Shown here one piece after another: positions 39,954-52,633 of a DNA stretch of 64,000 nt (positions are counted from its first letter, which is position 1; the number at the start of each line of letters is the position of its first letter). A program made the position numbers and the translations under genes. This DNA is from Auanema rhodensis (taxonomy: Eukaryota > Animalia > Nematoda), in NCBI GenBank assembly GCA_964057225.1, contig OZ059899.1:15624001-15688000 (forward strand). The letters run 5' to 3'. Below the pieces are notes generated by a model. That model was not told the origin of the DNA. It saw only the letters and a program-made list of their open reading frames with translations, and did no database searches.

Positions 39954-42900
39954 ATTTCTCTCTTAACTACCTATTTCCCTTATATTCTTTCAACATCTAA
40001 TGAGCATAACTGTCTATTAAATCTCCATTTATGTATTGAGTGATAGCTATCGTATACGACATATCACATTCAAATGAAAAACATCAACTGACCCTCAGCT
40101 AGAAGAAGATTCAGTATATCCAGATGATTATTACATGCTGCACTTCGTAATGCATTCCATTGACCATAAGATGAGATACAGTTGATAATCTTAAATTCAT
40201 GAATCATATTCATAATCCATCACAAGTGCACAAACCTTTGGGCAACATCGAAGTATAGCTTCAACGATCCGTAGATGTCCACGTGATGAAGCTGCTAGAA
40301 AGCCGGAAGCAAGCTCCTGAAAAATGTTTTCAATCACCTTGCAACGTATAACCTGAAACTCACGGCATCGGACGTCTCCATGATTTGCTTTTGTACTCGT
40401 TCAAAGTCATCTGATGCACAGAGATAAACGAAATCATCCTGAAAAAACACTAATTCAATTGAAAATTCTCAACAAAGATTGAAGAATTTCAAGAATATTC
40501 TAGACTTTCTTCATAAAAGAAAAACGTTTATTGCTAGTCATTTATCCATTTTTTTGAAATAAAAACAGCCATAACCTCGTAACTTGCCCCCCCCCCCCCC
40601 CATATTCGGAAATCTTTGAAAGTGGGTATTAGCCGACAAAATGGCAAATCATTGCTTCAGGAACGAAGCACATGGCAGTTTGGAGGAGATCGAGGCCAAT
40701 TAAGACAACATTCACAACATCCGATTGGAGTTGTTCAATGAGCTATAGTCACACGATGTTCGATGAAAAACATGTCTATAGACTTCCTCATTTCAAAGCA
40801 TCTTTACCATACCATGCCAAACAGGCTTTTTCCTCATAAATGCCCGTTTCCGGATATATTTTGTGATTCTGGTTGATCAAGTTGGAACAAGATATGGACA
40901 GTTAAATTGAATTTTTAAGTTGAAAATGTTTGAACTCTTCTCTTCCACCCTCATACTTCTTGTCATCTTTCCCATATCTTATCCCCATTTCCCCTCTAAG
41001 CATCAATTCTTTTGGAACATCTGCAGTTAGTGAATGAACGACTAAAAAATTATTTTCTTTGCTCAAATTTAAAAGCAAATTACATATTCTATACTGAATA
41101 AATATAAATATTGGTCCCGCATGGAGTGAGAGGTGATGAGGTGGGTAACCGTAGACGACGATAAGCAATGCATCACGCAATACTGACTTCAGAAGTAACA
41201 TGAGAATACATGAATACCCTAACTACCAATGCGTCCACAGCGTGCTTCACTACAGAACTGATTTCAAAGCATCTTCAATAGCAACTGGTTTTCATAAGAG
41301 CATGTTAACTTCCAATTGATAGAGAAGTCTTGTTCTGATGATTTTCAGCCTCATGCTTCTCTACTCCCCTCCCCATTTCCCTCCTTCAACTGATATAGTA
41401 AGAACATCTGAATACGTACCGTTGCATTCAGATCCAATATTGTCGTTCCAGCCTTCATTAGCAGCATTGAAGTGGGAATATCGATTACTGAGCATTTGAG
41501 TATGATATCATTAGCTCCAACTGATATAAGTGTTCGAATAGCTTCCAATGGTGGTACATCTGAAAATAGAAAATTATTGAATTTTTCGGAGATCAGATGC
41601 TCAAAAGCTTCAGGTTTTAGCACACAAATTCAAATTATTTCTCAATCTTTAAACATCTAATTTGCATTTTGACGTCATCATCATCATATAGATTAACGGA
41701 ATTTAAATATCTTATAAGCTGTCTCAATAGACATCTGAAGTCTTCAGTATTCAGATGATCTGTCTGACATTCACATCATTAGTCTTATCTCATCATCTAT
41801 ATGTCTTTTCTGGACAACGTATGTGTGTGTATGTGACCACACATATGCACAACCAAGACATGAAACAGCATCCTTAATTGACAGACAAGAGCTGGCATCT
41901 GAGCTTTTGCCTTAAGTCTGCTATTTCTACTGGTTCAATGTCCTCTTTCCTCTTCTTCTCTCTATAGTTCTATGAATTTTGCCCACATAAATGGTTTACA
42001 GATCAGATCAGAAGCTCCAGTCAGCTCCAGTCAGCTTCAGTATGTCCGTCAGTCAGTCAGTCAAGGCAGTTACTCTTCTTGCTCTCTCTCCCACCCCTTT
42101 TCTTCTACTTTCTTAATATGGAAATTGAGATCTCATAGCTGATTATTGAAGCTTCTTGGCCATCAACACTAGCTGGTGGTCGTCCTCGATTCTCAATAGA
42201 TGTGACATTCCTTGCATCATCATCATACCAAGAAGAAGTTCTTGAAGCCAGATGGATCGGAAACTGTTCGACAAGTATCAAATGAACTGAATGATCATTG
42301 ACTTTGGAATTGAAAGGAAATATGCAGCAGACGACGATTATCATCATCAGCCACATTGCCGTCGTCATATTCTGAAGTGAAGTACACTCAACGTATCTAG
42401 AATTACTGTTTACGGATGTGACAAGATTCTGATATTCAGAATGCTTTGACAATTCAAAATTTTCAAAAAATTTAAAAAGCCCTTTGAAATGACTTTGAAA
42501 CATTCAGTCACTTGGTGGAAACACTTAACCATATAGCCAACACCTGTTTCCTTTTCTAGTGGATTACTAAGACCTCATTTGAGACATTTGTTAGTCTTTG
42601 TAAGCCGGAAGCTAATTTTCTCTTTTCTCTCTCTATATATCTCTTACTCTCTTCAAGCTCTTAATAGTTAACTAGTAATATTCGTTCGCCCTCTTGGCTA
42701 TATGCATCGGTCACACATGTACGGTCTCCGGATGTTGTCGTGTTGAAAACATTTAGATTGACCTCAACCTTATCCAAAGCAACCGAGCTTTTCATTTTCA
42801 TTTATAAAAGCTTAAACAATTAGATGAAACATACGTGAATGTGCTAGATGATAGGATAATTCGATAACATCTTGAGGCTTTTTGCGTGGCTTTGTCTTGA

Positions 42901-44497
42901 AAAGCTCAGCCCAAGCTCCATGATATACAGCTAGTGGATCATCTGGATACTCCTGCCATGTACCAGCAAGTTGTATGGGCTCTAGAAATCATTAGATAAC
43001 TAACTATATGATATAGAGAACAGTCACAAACCTTTACTTTCAAAAATCATTGAAATTTCATTAATTTCCCTCTCTATTATAACTAACGAATCATTTATAA
43101 CAAGTTGGCTTACAGCTAAAAGCTGTTCATAAGTCGGAGGTAAGCGGCTTGTCTAAAATAAAAAAAATATATTTTATATTTAACCATACTATTTATATTA
43201 TAAATTGAATAATTTATAAACTTTTTCGGTAATTTAGAACCACTTTAAAGCATTAATGCTGCTCAAAAATTCAAATAATTGCAGGTTAGATGGATGAGAT
43301 TGCTTTCGCGCAGTCAGTCAATCAGCCAGCCGAACCATCGATGAAGCTTTATGTGTCTGTCCATACCTGATGAAGGAACAGACTACGGATCGGATGGATA
43401 GATGGACGGACGGATGGATGGATGCGCTAGATCCATCGTACGAGCCTTTTACGAACTCATACCTAATTCACTTCATGAAATATGAATTTCTCCAATTAAT
43501 CTCTCAAAAAATCTAATATTAATGAAGTTTTCTACTCATTACTTTTCACAATTTTCTTCATAATTTAAGAAAAAATGCTCGAAAAAACCAACTTTGATGA
43601 GCATTAAGTAGACGGGTAAACGGACAGGCAATGCATTTGCTATATCGTCCATCAAATCTTTTGATGTTGCCGGTATATGATCAGCTGGTATCAAATTTCG
43701 ATCCACAGCACGTGCCAACTGATTCACGTATGACCAAGAGCCTTGTGAAGCATCCAACACGTCTTCAGTATTGCATGATGGTAGACGCACTTCGATGAAG
43801 CGATTCAGCTCATCCAGATGGTCATTGAGCAGTAATTGATGAAAATCTGAAACAAATGATTGAGATGAATCTATTGAAGCTGATGCATGTGTGATGACGT
43901 CATCACAGACAGCATCTTCAAGATGTTTATGTTGATCATCTACACGTATACTTACCCTTGAATCGGAATTGTTCACCTGGTAATATTGGACGAGAGGTGA
44001 TGACCAATCGAAGCCAGCTTGGTAAGCAGTTCAAAAGCTGAAAATCATTGAATTTATAAAGCTTTCCGAAGCAAATTGTAATTATTTTGTCAGTTGTAAC
44101 TCCAAAAAGGGTAATCTCAAGCCTAACCTCAAGAAAATCCCTTTGAAAATGGGAAAAAGAGGGAGAGAGAAAGAGAGGGAGGGAGAGATTCGAAGAATAT
44201 ATGAAAAGGATTTAAAGGATGAAGAAAAGCTTATTAGGTGTCATAATTCTTGTACAAATTCATCATCATCATCTCCATTCGTTGTCGTCGTTCACTTTGA
44301 AATCTGATTCTTCGTCATCCTCTTGAATCTTCTATTGCTGTCGTTGCGCTTCACCTCATTGTCTTGTCGGCATGCCTTTGATCTTTATCCCTTTTTTACA
44401 ATATTATAATATTAATTTATGTTATAAAAAGAATTAGAAAGCATATGTTAATACGATATAATTTGGTTTTCATGGATAGATTAAGTGCTTCGCTCTC

Positions 44498-44574
<77 letters not shown>

Positions 44575-47500
44575 CACTCATTTCAAACGCTTTATATGCA
44601 TTTAAATCGTTTTTTGACATAAAATTATTGAAAACAAAAACGGGAATTGTTAGGCAACAAGTAGTAGTAATAGGCTGGAATATCTTTTTTTTTTAAATTT
44701 CGTCCAAAACTACTTTGAGAGATGGCAGTCGTATGCATTCAGTAATATCGCATCAGAGTAGGTTGAAGGGCGGATGAGATGGCTGTCAGTAAGCTTTAGA
44801 TTCATCAACCTTCATCATCTCTCATGGTCATTCAGAAGCTTACTGAAAGATTCAGGTGCGAGCAGCCAGATGCTGTCAAATAGATTTCCAGATTACAGAA
44901 ATGAATTTAGAAATAGAAGAAGGATGTGTATTTGGTAGTGATAGGAATACAGAAGAAAATGCAAATTAAAGAAAACACCCATATGATATACGAAGGCTAG
45001 TTGGAGAGAAGGCAGTTGTTTGTATCTATGTTTTTGAATTGCTTTTACCTCAAGAATAATGTTGTAAGAATGAACTTGAATGTCATCGATGAGTATGAAC
45101 ATGGTTTTGGTTGGTTTTGGTAAAGAAGCCAAAGGTAACGTCAGATACTGATGTATAGCTGATGCATAATTTGATAATAATGTTACAGTTGATAGATTAG
45201 GCATTACCAAATTAGGAAATCTATAATAAAATTAAAATTAAAAGAAATGAAATATAGAGAAAGAGAGACAAACCTTTTAACCAATTGAGTAGCTAATGAT
45301 CTTACAAGTGTTGCAGATTCTGTCGATTGTGGTAGTTCACGTTGACAGTAATGAACAGCCACACATTCTGATTCAGATTGAAGCTAAAAAGATGAGAATA
45401 TTAGAATTCATATTCAAATTATCTTTTATTTTTTTATATTTCAGTTATATCAATCTGATTAATTCTCATCAGTTTATGTATGTTTCATCCAATATATATA
45501 CGATATCATATGATGTTATATCTTTTAGTTCAATGTATGAAATTTAAATTTCCTGTCCCACTTATCTGTTCGTAACTCGCAATATGGTACGTTAGTCACA
45601 CATATACATGCATATTGCCCTAGAACCAGCTGTTCTTCACTTCCTCATGCCTCTTCTCTGTCTTGCCTTATGAACCAAATGCTCACTAGCAGCCTGCTTG
45701 TGTGTCCATCTATGGTTGACTGCTTGTGGCAATTTGGTTTTCTCACCCCTCAGCATTTCTCTCTTTCCTTCTGTTTCTTTTACTCTCTCTCATGTTACCG
45801 TCTGTCAACACATCATAACCTTCATCATCATCATCATCATCATGTAACCATTTGAAGAAAGAAGGAACAGCAATAGCAGAAGGAAGAAGATGCATTACAA
45901 GTAAAGTAGTCAACGAGATGAAACAGGAGAAGTAACAGAGGAAAAGCATAGACAGTTATGAGCTTTATCGTTATTTCTCACGATATATTGTCTTACAGAA
46001 GCTAATACAATCTTTCATATATGATTTCTAGAAAGGCCAATGTTGCGGATTATGAAGATCAGATGAAACAAGCAAAGTGTGATCACACGAGTTCTTTCTC
46101 TCTCTTTTCAACCATTTTTGACATCTAAATCAAAGGATTTATGATCTTCAATTGCTTCACATAATTCATCTTCATCAGCATAGTTAGATGATTCTGATGA
46201 TAAGTAGTACAACGTCTGTGTATACGTGTATACATCCTTGAATGTTATTCAGAGGGTATATTCCCCTTGTATCTGAATTACTTCTCAAAGTTTGGCTGTC
46301 GTCTCTACCTCATCTCGTACTTCTGGCATTGAGCCCCTGCTGACACACTCTTAGCATCACAAAAAGCTTTTGGCTTAGCTGTCCCATATGGGAATGAAGA
46401 GAGGGGACTCAATTTCTAGATGAGGTTATGAGTGAGAGAATTATCTCCATATGTGTGACATCTCTTGTCTTTTCTCTCCTTTTCTCAACTCTTCATTCTT
46501 TTCTCTCTCCCTCTCTCCCTCTCTCTTACAATATCTCTCGTTCTCCTGTCTCACTCTCTTCAGCCATGTGTGTATGTGTGCTATCATCTAGGCTTCCAAG
46601 TGTTCCTAAGTCATCTATATGGTCTAAGTGCTCTGAAGAGTGCTAAGTTGGTCGCGTGTTAGCTAAGTGCCACCAGACATCCGTTGATATTCTATGTCTG
46701 ATACTCTCCTGTTATCGTGTTCCCTCTCTTGATCTTTTGTCAAAAAAAAACTGTCCACAACCAGCTATTATAGCCAATCTGGTCAAATACTATATGTTAT
46801 AACATATATTTCTGTCATAATTATACACAAAAGCTTAGAGCATATCCAAGTTTTCCCACATTTCATCAGTCGCTCATCCTATGAGAATTTATGCTTTATG
46901 AACGGCCGCACCCACGCTCTTCAATCTTCGCTAAATTTGGGCCAAAAGTGGGAAATAAAGAATTGAGCAATGAGAAGAGGAAGAAGAACTCCCTGAGAGC
47001 TTGATTAGAAGTATACGAGATTCACGTAAGTCCACAAGCAGAATGCTGTATATAGTAATGGGTATTAGGGAGAATCTAGGAATAGTATAGGATTGTCTTC
47101 CTTCAAATAGCCATTGTCCAGTTTAGAGCATTAGTTTCGCAACTACAACTCTATCTATCATAATAAGAAAGATAGAAAGAGAGAGGGAGCGAGAGAGAGA
47201 CAAAGAGAGAAAGTAGAATACTATCTTGTTTCAGAGGGAATAACCCTTTATCGTATTAGGTTTAAGTAAATTGTGATGAGAATGATGATGAGTAAGTTGG
47301 AACGATGTGAAGCAAACGGAGAAGCCAAATTATGTTTTGAGACTAAATTTCGTTAAGACCTTTAATCAAGTTAAGATGTGACTATGATGATGAGAGTGAT
47401 GATGAGGAAGATGCTGACTGACATCAATTCCTCTGAAAGAAGAAACAGCGAGAGAGAGGCTGAGATCAAGCGATAGAGAGAGGGAGAGCTCATGCGTGCT

Positions 47501-47756
47501 TGCTTAAGCTTGTTCATTCACACCAACTGACCCTTAGTTTCAACTAATTTGGCAATCAGCCAACCAACTGTGTCGCATAGCTTCTCCTGTTCTTCCGTTT
47601 TCAATTACAATTATAACTTCATCATATATCTATATTAGGATATGAGTATTTCATACTAACTAGATCTATATAGTTAGAAAGCTGCTTCCCTCGCTCTACT
47701 TCATATTTCATCAGAACTTCATCCTTCCTTCATTCCATCCTTCATTTCACCCTTCT

Positions 47757-47819
<63 letters not shown>

Positions 47820-48947
47820 TGCTCTCACTCTCTCTGTATAAGTTGCCGTCGCCGTGATTTTATTCAGATGAAATCAGCTTCGGCACCACACTCAAGTTCT
47901 TCTCTATGAATCGAGTAAACGACGAAATCTGATCATAAAAGAGAAAGTTGCTGAATGTGCTTTTCATTCATTCATTATGCAAGTAAATCTGAGCTATCTG
48001 GTCCAGCACCCCACATACAACAGCTTCAGCAGTTGTAGCTTTTGGTTTTCAGACGCTTGTCAAGTAGCTTGTGAAGTAATTTCATCAAGCTATCAATGAT
48101 ACAACATAAGTTCACATGTCAACAGACTAATCTTCGAATCGAAAAATTCAATCGTCGTGAAGTATCAGCTGGATGATATGAACACGAAGCATCAAGGTTG
48201 GAATTAAGTATTTCAGGAAAAACAAGATAACACAAATGATGATGATGGCAGAAACGGACTTGTCGTCGTTATGGCAGACGAAGCCTCTCACATGAATCTT
48301 ACTCTGCATCTCCAGCCACCATCCTCACACATCGTCTCATCCACACAACATCGGATGACCAAATAGACTTTGAGCACACAGACAACGGCTGATAGACACG
48401 CAAAGTAACGACAAAACGATTCGATTATCTGCATTACTTCTATCTTTCAATGTATTTAAACTGAAACCAAAATAGATCGAAAGAGATTCACTGTCTTTTT
48501 CTTGAATTCCCTGATTTCTCTCTCTCTCTCTCTCTCCCTCCCCCCCCTCTCTCTCTCACCCTCTCTCTTTAACTTTCCATAGTAACCAGTTAATATGAAC
48601 AAACTGATTTTTTGTCAATCAAATTCGATTAATCAGCTTTTGACATCAACGAAAAAAAGAATTTATTTTTATTTAAAAAATCCTTGTAAAGAGATGCGGA
48701 AAACACTGCTGACTGTATAGCTTATGAGAGATAGAGAGAAAGAGATAAACTAACTATACACTATGCCATGTCGATGTACTAACTATGTGTCTGTGATCTG
48801 ATTGCCAATTAGATCTCAATTCGCCGAATTTGCATTCAACTAATTCTATGTAAAAGTTTCAATTTCAATGAAAACGAGAAACTAAACGACAAAAGCACTA
48901 TATCAGACGTCTAAAAGTATCTCTCTCTCTCACTCTCTCTCTCTCTC

Positions 48948-48990
<43 letters not shown>

Positions 48991-49402
48991 CATCTTGCTT
49001 GCTTAAACCGTTGATACATCTATTAATTTCATTTAAATTCATCAAATTTTTGTAAATTTTATAACTAATGTCGTCACAATATCCACACTCCAACCAAATT
49101 CAGTCCAGAAATTTTAACTAATAGATTAAGTGAAACATACATAAACTGATGAAAATATAGAGGAAATGTCAAAAAAATACAAAAACAAATAATCAATAAA
49201 ATAAAAATAAAAATAATAAAAATATAGTTCGACATACCTGCTTACAGAATGCTGTCTTGCCACAGTGTGGTGGAGCTATGATCAGCAGATGCTGTGAACA
49301 GCTAAAAAGCCAATGATGTACAGCACGATGGCTGGATTCACGTCGAAAGTTCGACAATTGGCTTGACGATGCTGTCGCAGATGCTGAGCTCATGTTGACC
49401 AT
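37329..49402 (-). CDS. ANKRD50: ANKRD50-like protein: N-terminal P-loop (STAND/NACHT-like) NTPase region plus C-terminal ankyrin repeats
   Basis: Exons include 49402-49238 (LLIIAPPHCGKTAFCKQ, Walker A), 45383-45274 (VAVHYCQRE..LVRSLATQL), 45220-45049 (LTLPLASLPKP..MFILIDD, Walker B), 44037-43956 (LPSWLRLVITSR), 43846-43593, 43152-43032, 42981-42835, 41559-41420, 40438-40364, 40316-40236 and 40189-40093. Ankyrin exons start at 39327 (GRTALRAAAWAGH..RTALMAAAFMDH). Last exon 37472-37329 (..RRTRRIF*). Start codon (49402 or 49393) and any further upstream exon are uncertain. Confidence 0.85.
40555..40860 (+). mobile_element. Possible decayed Tc1/Tc3-mariner transposase C-terminal fragment in an ANKRD50 intron
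   Basis: Frameshifted peptides KNSHNLVTCPP / PPYSEIFE / MANHCFRNEAHGSLEEIEA / NIRLELFNEL / TMPNRLF follow the order of the Tc1-family tail (WPxxSPDLNPIE...SMPxRL). Many stops; no TIRs seen. Confidence 0.3.
43385..43425. repeat. (GGAT/GGAC)n tetranucleotide repeat, intronic
   Basis: cggatcggatggatagatggacggacggatggatggatg. Confidence 0.85.
44493..44572. repeat. (CT)n microsatellite, ~40 units, intronic
   Basis: Near-perfect CT run. Confidence 0.97.
47761..47816. repeat. (CT)n microsatellite, intronic
   Basis: Directly visible. Confidence 0.95.
48921..48988. repeat. (CT)n microsatellite with CA interruptions, intronic
   Basis: Directly visible. Confidence 0.95.
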
Positions 49403-51078
49403 GGTTTTTGGCGTGAAGCTTAGATTCTCGGTATGCAAAAGAGAATATAGAAATAGGAATTTCAGATGAATGTAGTATGTAGTTGAGATGAAAAATGTAT
49501 AGAGTGGCTAGCTGGATGAACAGTCTGCATCCACGAATACACGTTGAAGTCGTCGTCGTCTACACAGCACACAACAATGAATCTTGTCGTTAGGATTACA
49601 GTGTCAACTACACGAACATTAGATCCAAAACATCTGAAACATCATTATGAACGGGTTATTTAACAAGAGAACGAAGCAAAAAATGGTAAAAATGAAGAAG
49701 AATATCATCAAAATCACGAGACAAATCAGTGTTCCTGGGTTGAAATACTATTTTTGTCATTATTAAAAGATTTCAAAGATTGAAGCATCAACAGTTGAAA
49801 GCTGAACAAACGAAAAAAAATGGAATTTTGGAAAGAGAAAGCTTTCCAACTTGACGAGAAAAGAGAGAGAGAGAGGGTAGAGTAAAGGGGGGGGGTAGAA
49901 GAAGAGAAGGGTGGAGCATAACAGCTATGTGCCGAACAGGAGGCGGGGTCTTCATGAATGAGGTCGGAAGGGCAGACCCGACTGGAGCTAAGCATGTAAG
50001 TGGATTGAAGAAGATGCAACTGAGAGAGTTGATTCACATGGATTTCAATCAGTACATATAACCTTTCAACTTAGCTGAATAAGCTGCAAAAGTTGCAAAA
50101 GTCGAGAAACAGTAAACATGGCTGTAGCAAGGTAGCAACATAGGAATTCTAAGAAAAAGCCGGCAAGAATATGAGAGAAGTTGAGAGAAGTAACTGAACA
50201 AGGAGAAGGTATTCAAATGGAATTTAGGAAATGAATTAGAGGAAGAAGTAGAAGAGGAAGAAAAAGAAGAAGAAGAAGAACGACAAGGGATTTGTGAAGA
50301 AAAAAAATAAAAATTGAACGAGAAAAGGAAAGCAACGGCGGCAGATGTTGCAAAATGGACAAGCGAAAGCTGGTCAAATAGAAATTGAAGACTTCGGAAC
50401 ACAAAAAGTATATTTGAAAATGACAGAGAAACATAAAAATTGAAGAAAAAGGTGGAAAGGATTAGAAGATATCGACAGAAATTGAAAGATAAAACAAGAA
50501 TTTGAAAGATTATATATAGGAAATTCTATATAATTCTTGATAATCAATAATCAATTTTGAATAATTCAGATGAAACAATAGAAAGCAAGAGATGGCGGAT
50601 AGGAGGAGTTGAATAGGCGGTTGACGAAGAGAGAAGAATCCGTTGACAAGATGATTAGGAGGTACTGAACTAATGAAATTCAAAGATAAGAATAGATGAT
50701 GGTACAGTGGCCCAAACGGCGATTATGGTTTCATCCTCCTGGGAGAGAGTTCTAAAGGATGGTGAAGACTATAGAGGAGAGGAGAAGAGAGAAAGGTTGG
50801 ATGGCTGGACCAGCCTGAACAGGGCTGGGCAGTGTTGTTGGGGAGAGGGGAAGGGGGGGGGAGGTGTTGTGTATGGTGTGTTGCTACTGGTGTATGTATG
50901 TTGTGGCCTATTGTGTCTATCATCTTACTGAAGGCGAGAAGAGGAAGAAAAGGAAAAAATAGAGAGGAAGAGATAGGTAGGATAGCTGGGGGTCTATGAT
51001 GATGGTCACCACGAACAAACGACGTGTAAACGACGATCAACATATGATTGAAAGAATGAATAAAGGAAATGTCTTGAA

Positions 51079-51110
<32 letters not shown>

Positions 51111-51275
51111 GGAGAAGATTGGAGGGAAGAGAGGGAATAAGATGCGAGAGAATGAGAAATGACGAGAATGAAAAGGATGCAATCACGAAAACAAAACAAG
51201 TACACTAGGAGAATGGTTTTGACCACAAACTGTAAAATGAACGAATATGGGAGGGCATATATCATTCCATAAAGA

Positions 51276-51286
51276 AAGAGAGAGAG

Positions 51287-51334
<48 letters not shown>

Positions 51335-51339
51335 GAGAG
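51276..51339. repeat. (GA)n microsatellite
   Basis: Directly visible. Confidence 0.95.
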
Positions 51340-52597
51340 ATGAATGAAAATCATCACAAATGCCAGGTTTGAGAGACATAAAGAGAGAAATGTCAAGTTC
51401 AAAGACAATTTCAAACTGAATTTCAGCAAAAATTCAATTAAAATCAAATAATACAAGGCAAATGTATGTGTTCTCGGAGAGATAGTCTCTCTATCTCTCC
51501 ATAATTATCGGAATTGGAGACCCATAGAGGTGAAAACGAAATTAAAAGTGCTAGAAGTGAGATAAATACAAAGATTCGACAAAAATGCCACAGGGCAAAT
51601 ATTAGAACTTGTCAATGACCTTGGTGACAATCAATGGAATAACTCGAACAAAGTAAAAATGGAGGAAACGAGTAAGCGAATAGGAAAGAAGGGGAAAACT
51701 CGAATATTGCTCAGATTCTGAATCATTGAGCTACTCTATCGTCGCACATTAGACGATAATAGAAAAGTTGACTTCCTTTTTCTTTTTTTTTGCAAAAAAA
51801 AGAACAAAAAGTGAAATGAAACAGTGAATTGACTGTAAAACGGTGGTTTTAAGTTTTATGTTGGAAAGAAAAAGGAAAAGGAAGAGAGTGTACTGTAGAA
51901 TGAAGAGCAATTTTTTGGAAGAACGTTCGTCGTACAATTATTTTCAGAAAAATAAAATATAATTATTCAAAATACAAATAGTTACATACAGTTAAGATGA
52001 ATAGTAATATATAAAGAAAAAAGAAGAGATAGAGAGAGAGATAGATAGAGAGAGAGAGAGAGATAGATAGAGAGAGAAACTTAGAGTAGACGGAGAGTAG
52101 AAAGAAAGAGAAAAACAATAATGTAAAGAGGATTATATTTGACACAAAAGAACAAATAATAAATAAATAAGAAAAACAAAAGAAAATAATAATTATTATC
52201 GTTTTGAGATTCTTTTTTTCTTATTTTTTAAACTCAAGTAAAGTATGAGAGTGTGACTGAGACGTGGATGGACGGAAAGAGCGAAGATGACAGAGATCAG
52301 TAGACAAGGAAAATGAAAGTTGTTGTTTGAGCCTTTACGTCCTCTAATCAGCTTTGAAACAGTAAAAGAGTTACGAAGTTGAAAAAAGAAGAGGAAAAGC
52401 CAAGAAAAAGTGAGAAAAGCTGTAGAACTAACTAGACGACATGACTAGAACTGTGTGACGTTGGAAGAAGAGCGGTAAAATGAAAGAATAGAAGGAGAAT
52501 TTGAAAATACTTTAGGTAGAATAAGCCGAGAAGACGATGAAATAGTCAAGAAACATGTTCTTAAACATAGAAAAAGGAATATTGGAAAGTACAGAAG

Positions 52598-52633
<36 letters not shown>

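Noticed and set aside
46990-47040. lin-4/mir-125-like TCCCTGAGA
   Set aside because: No complementary arm for a hairpin.
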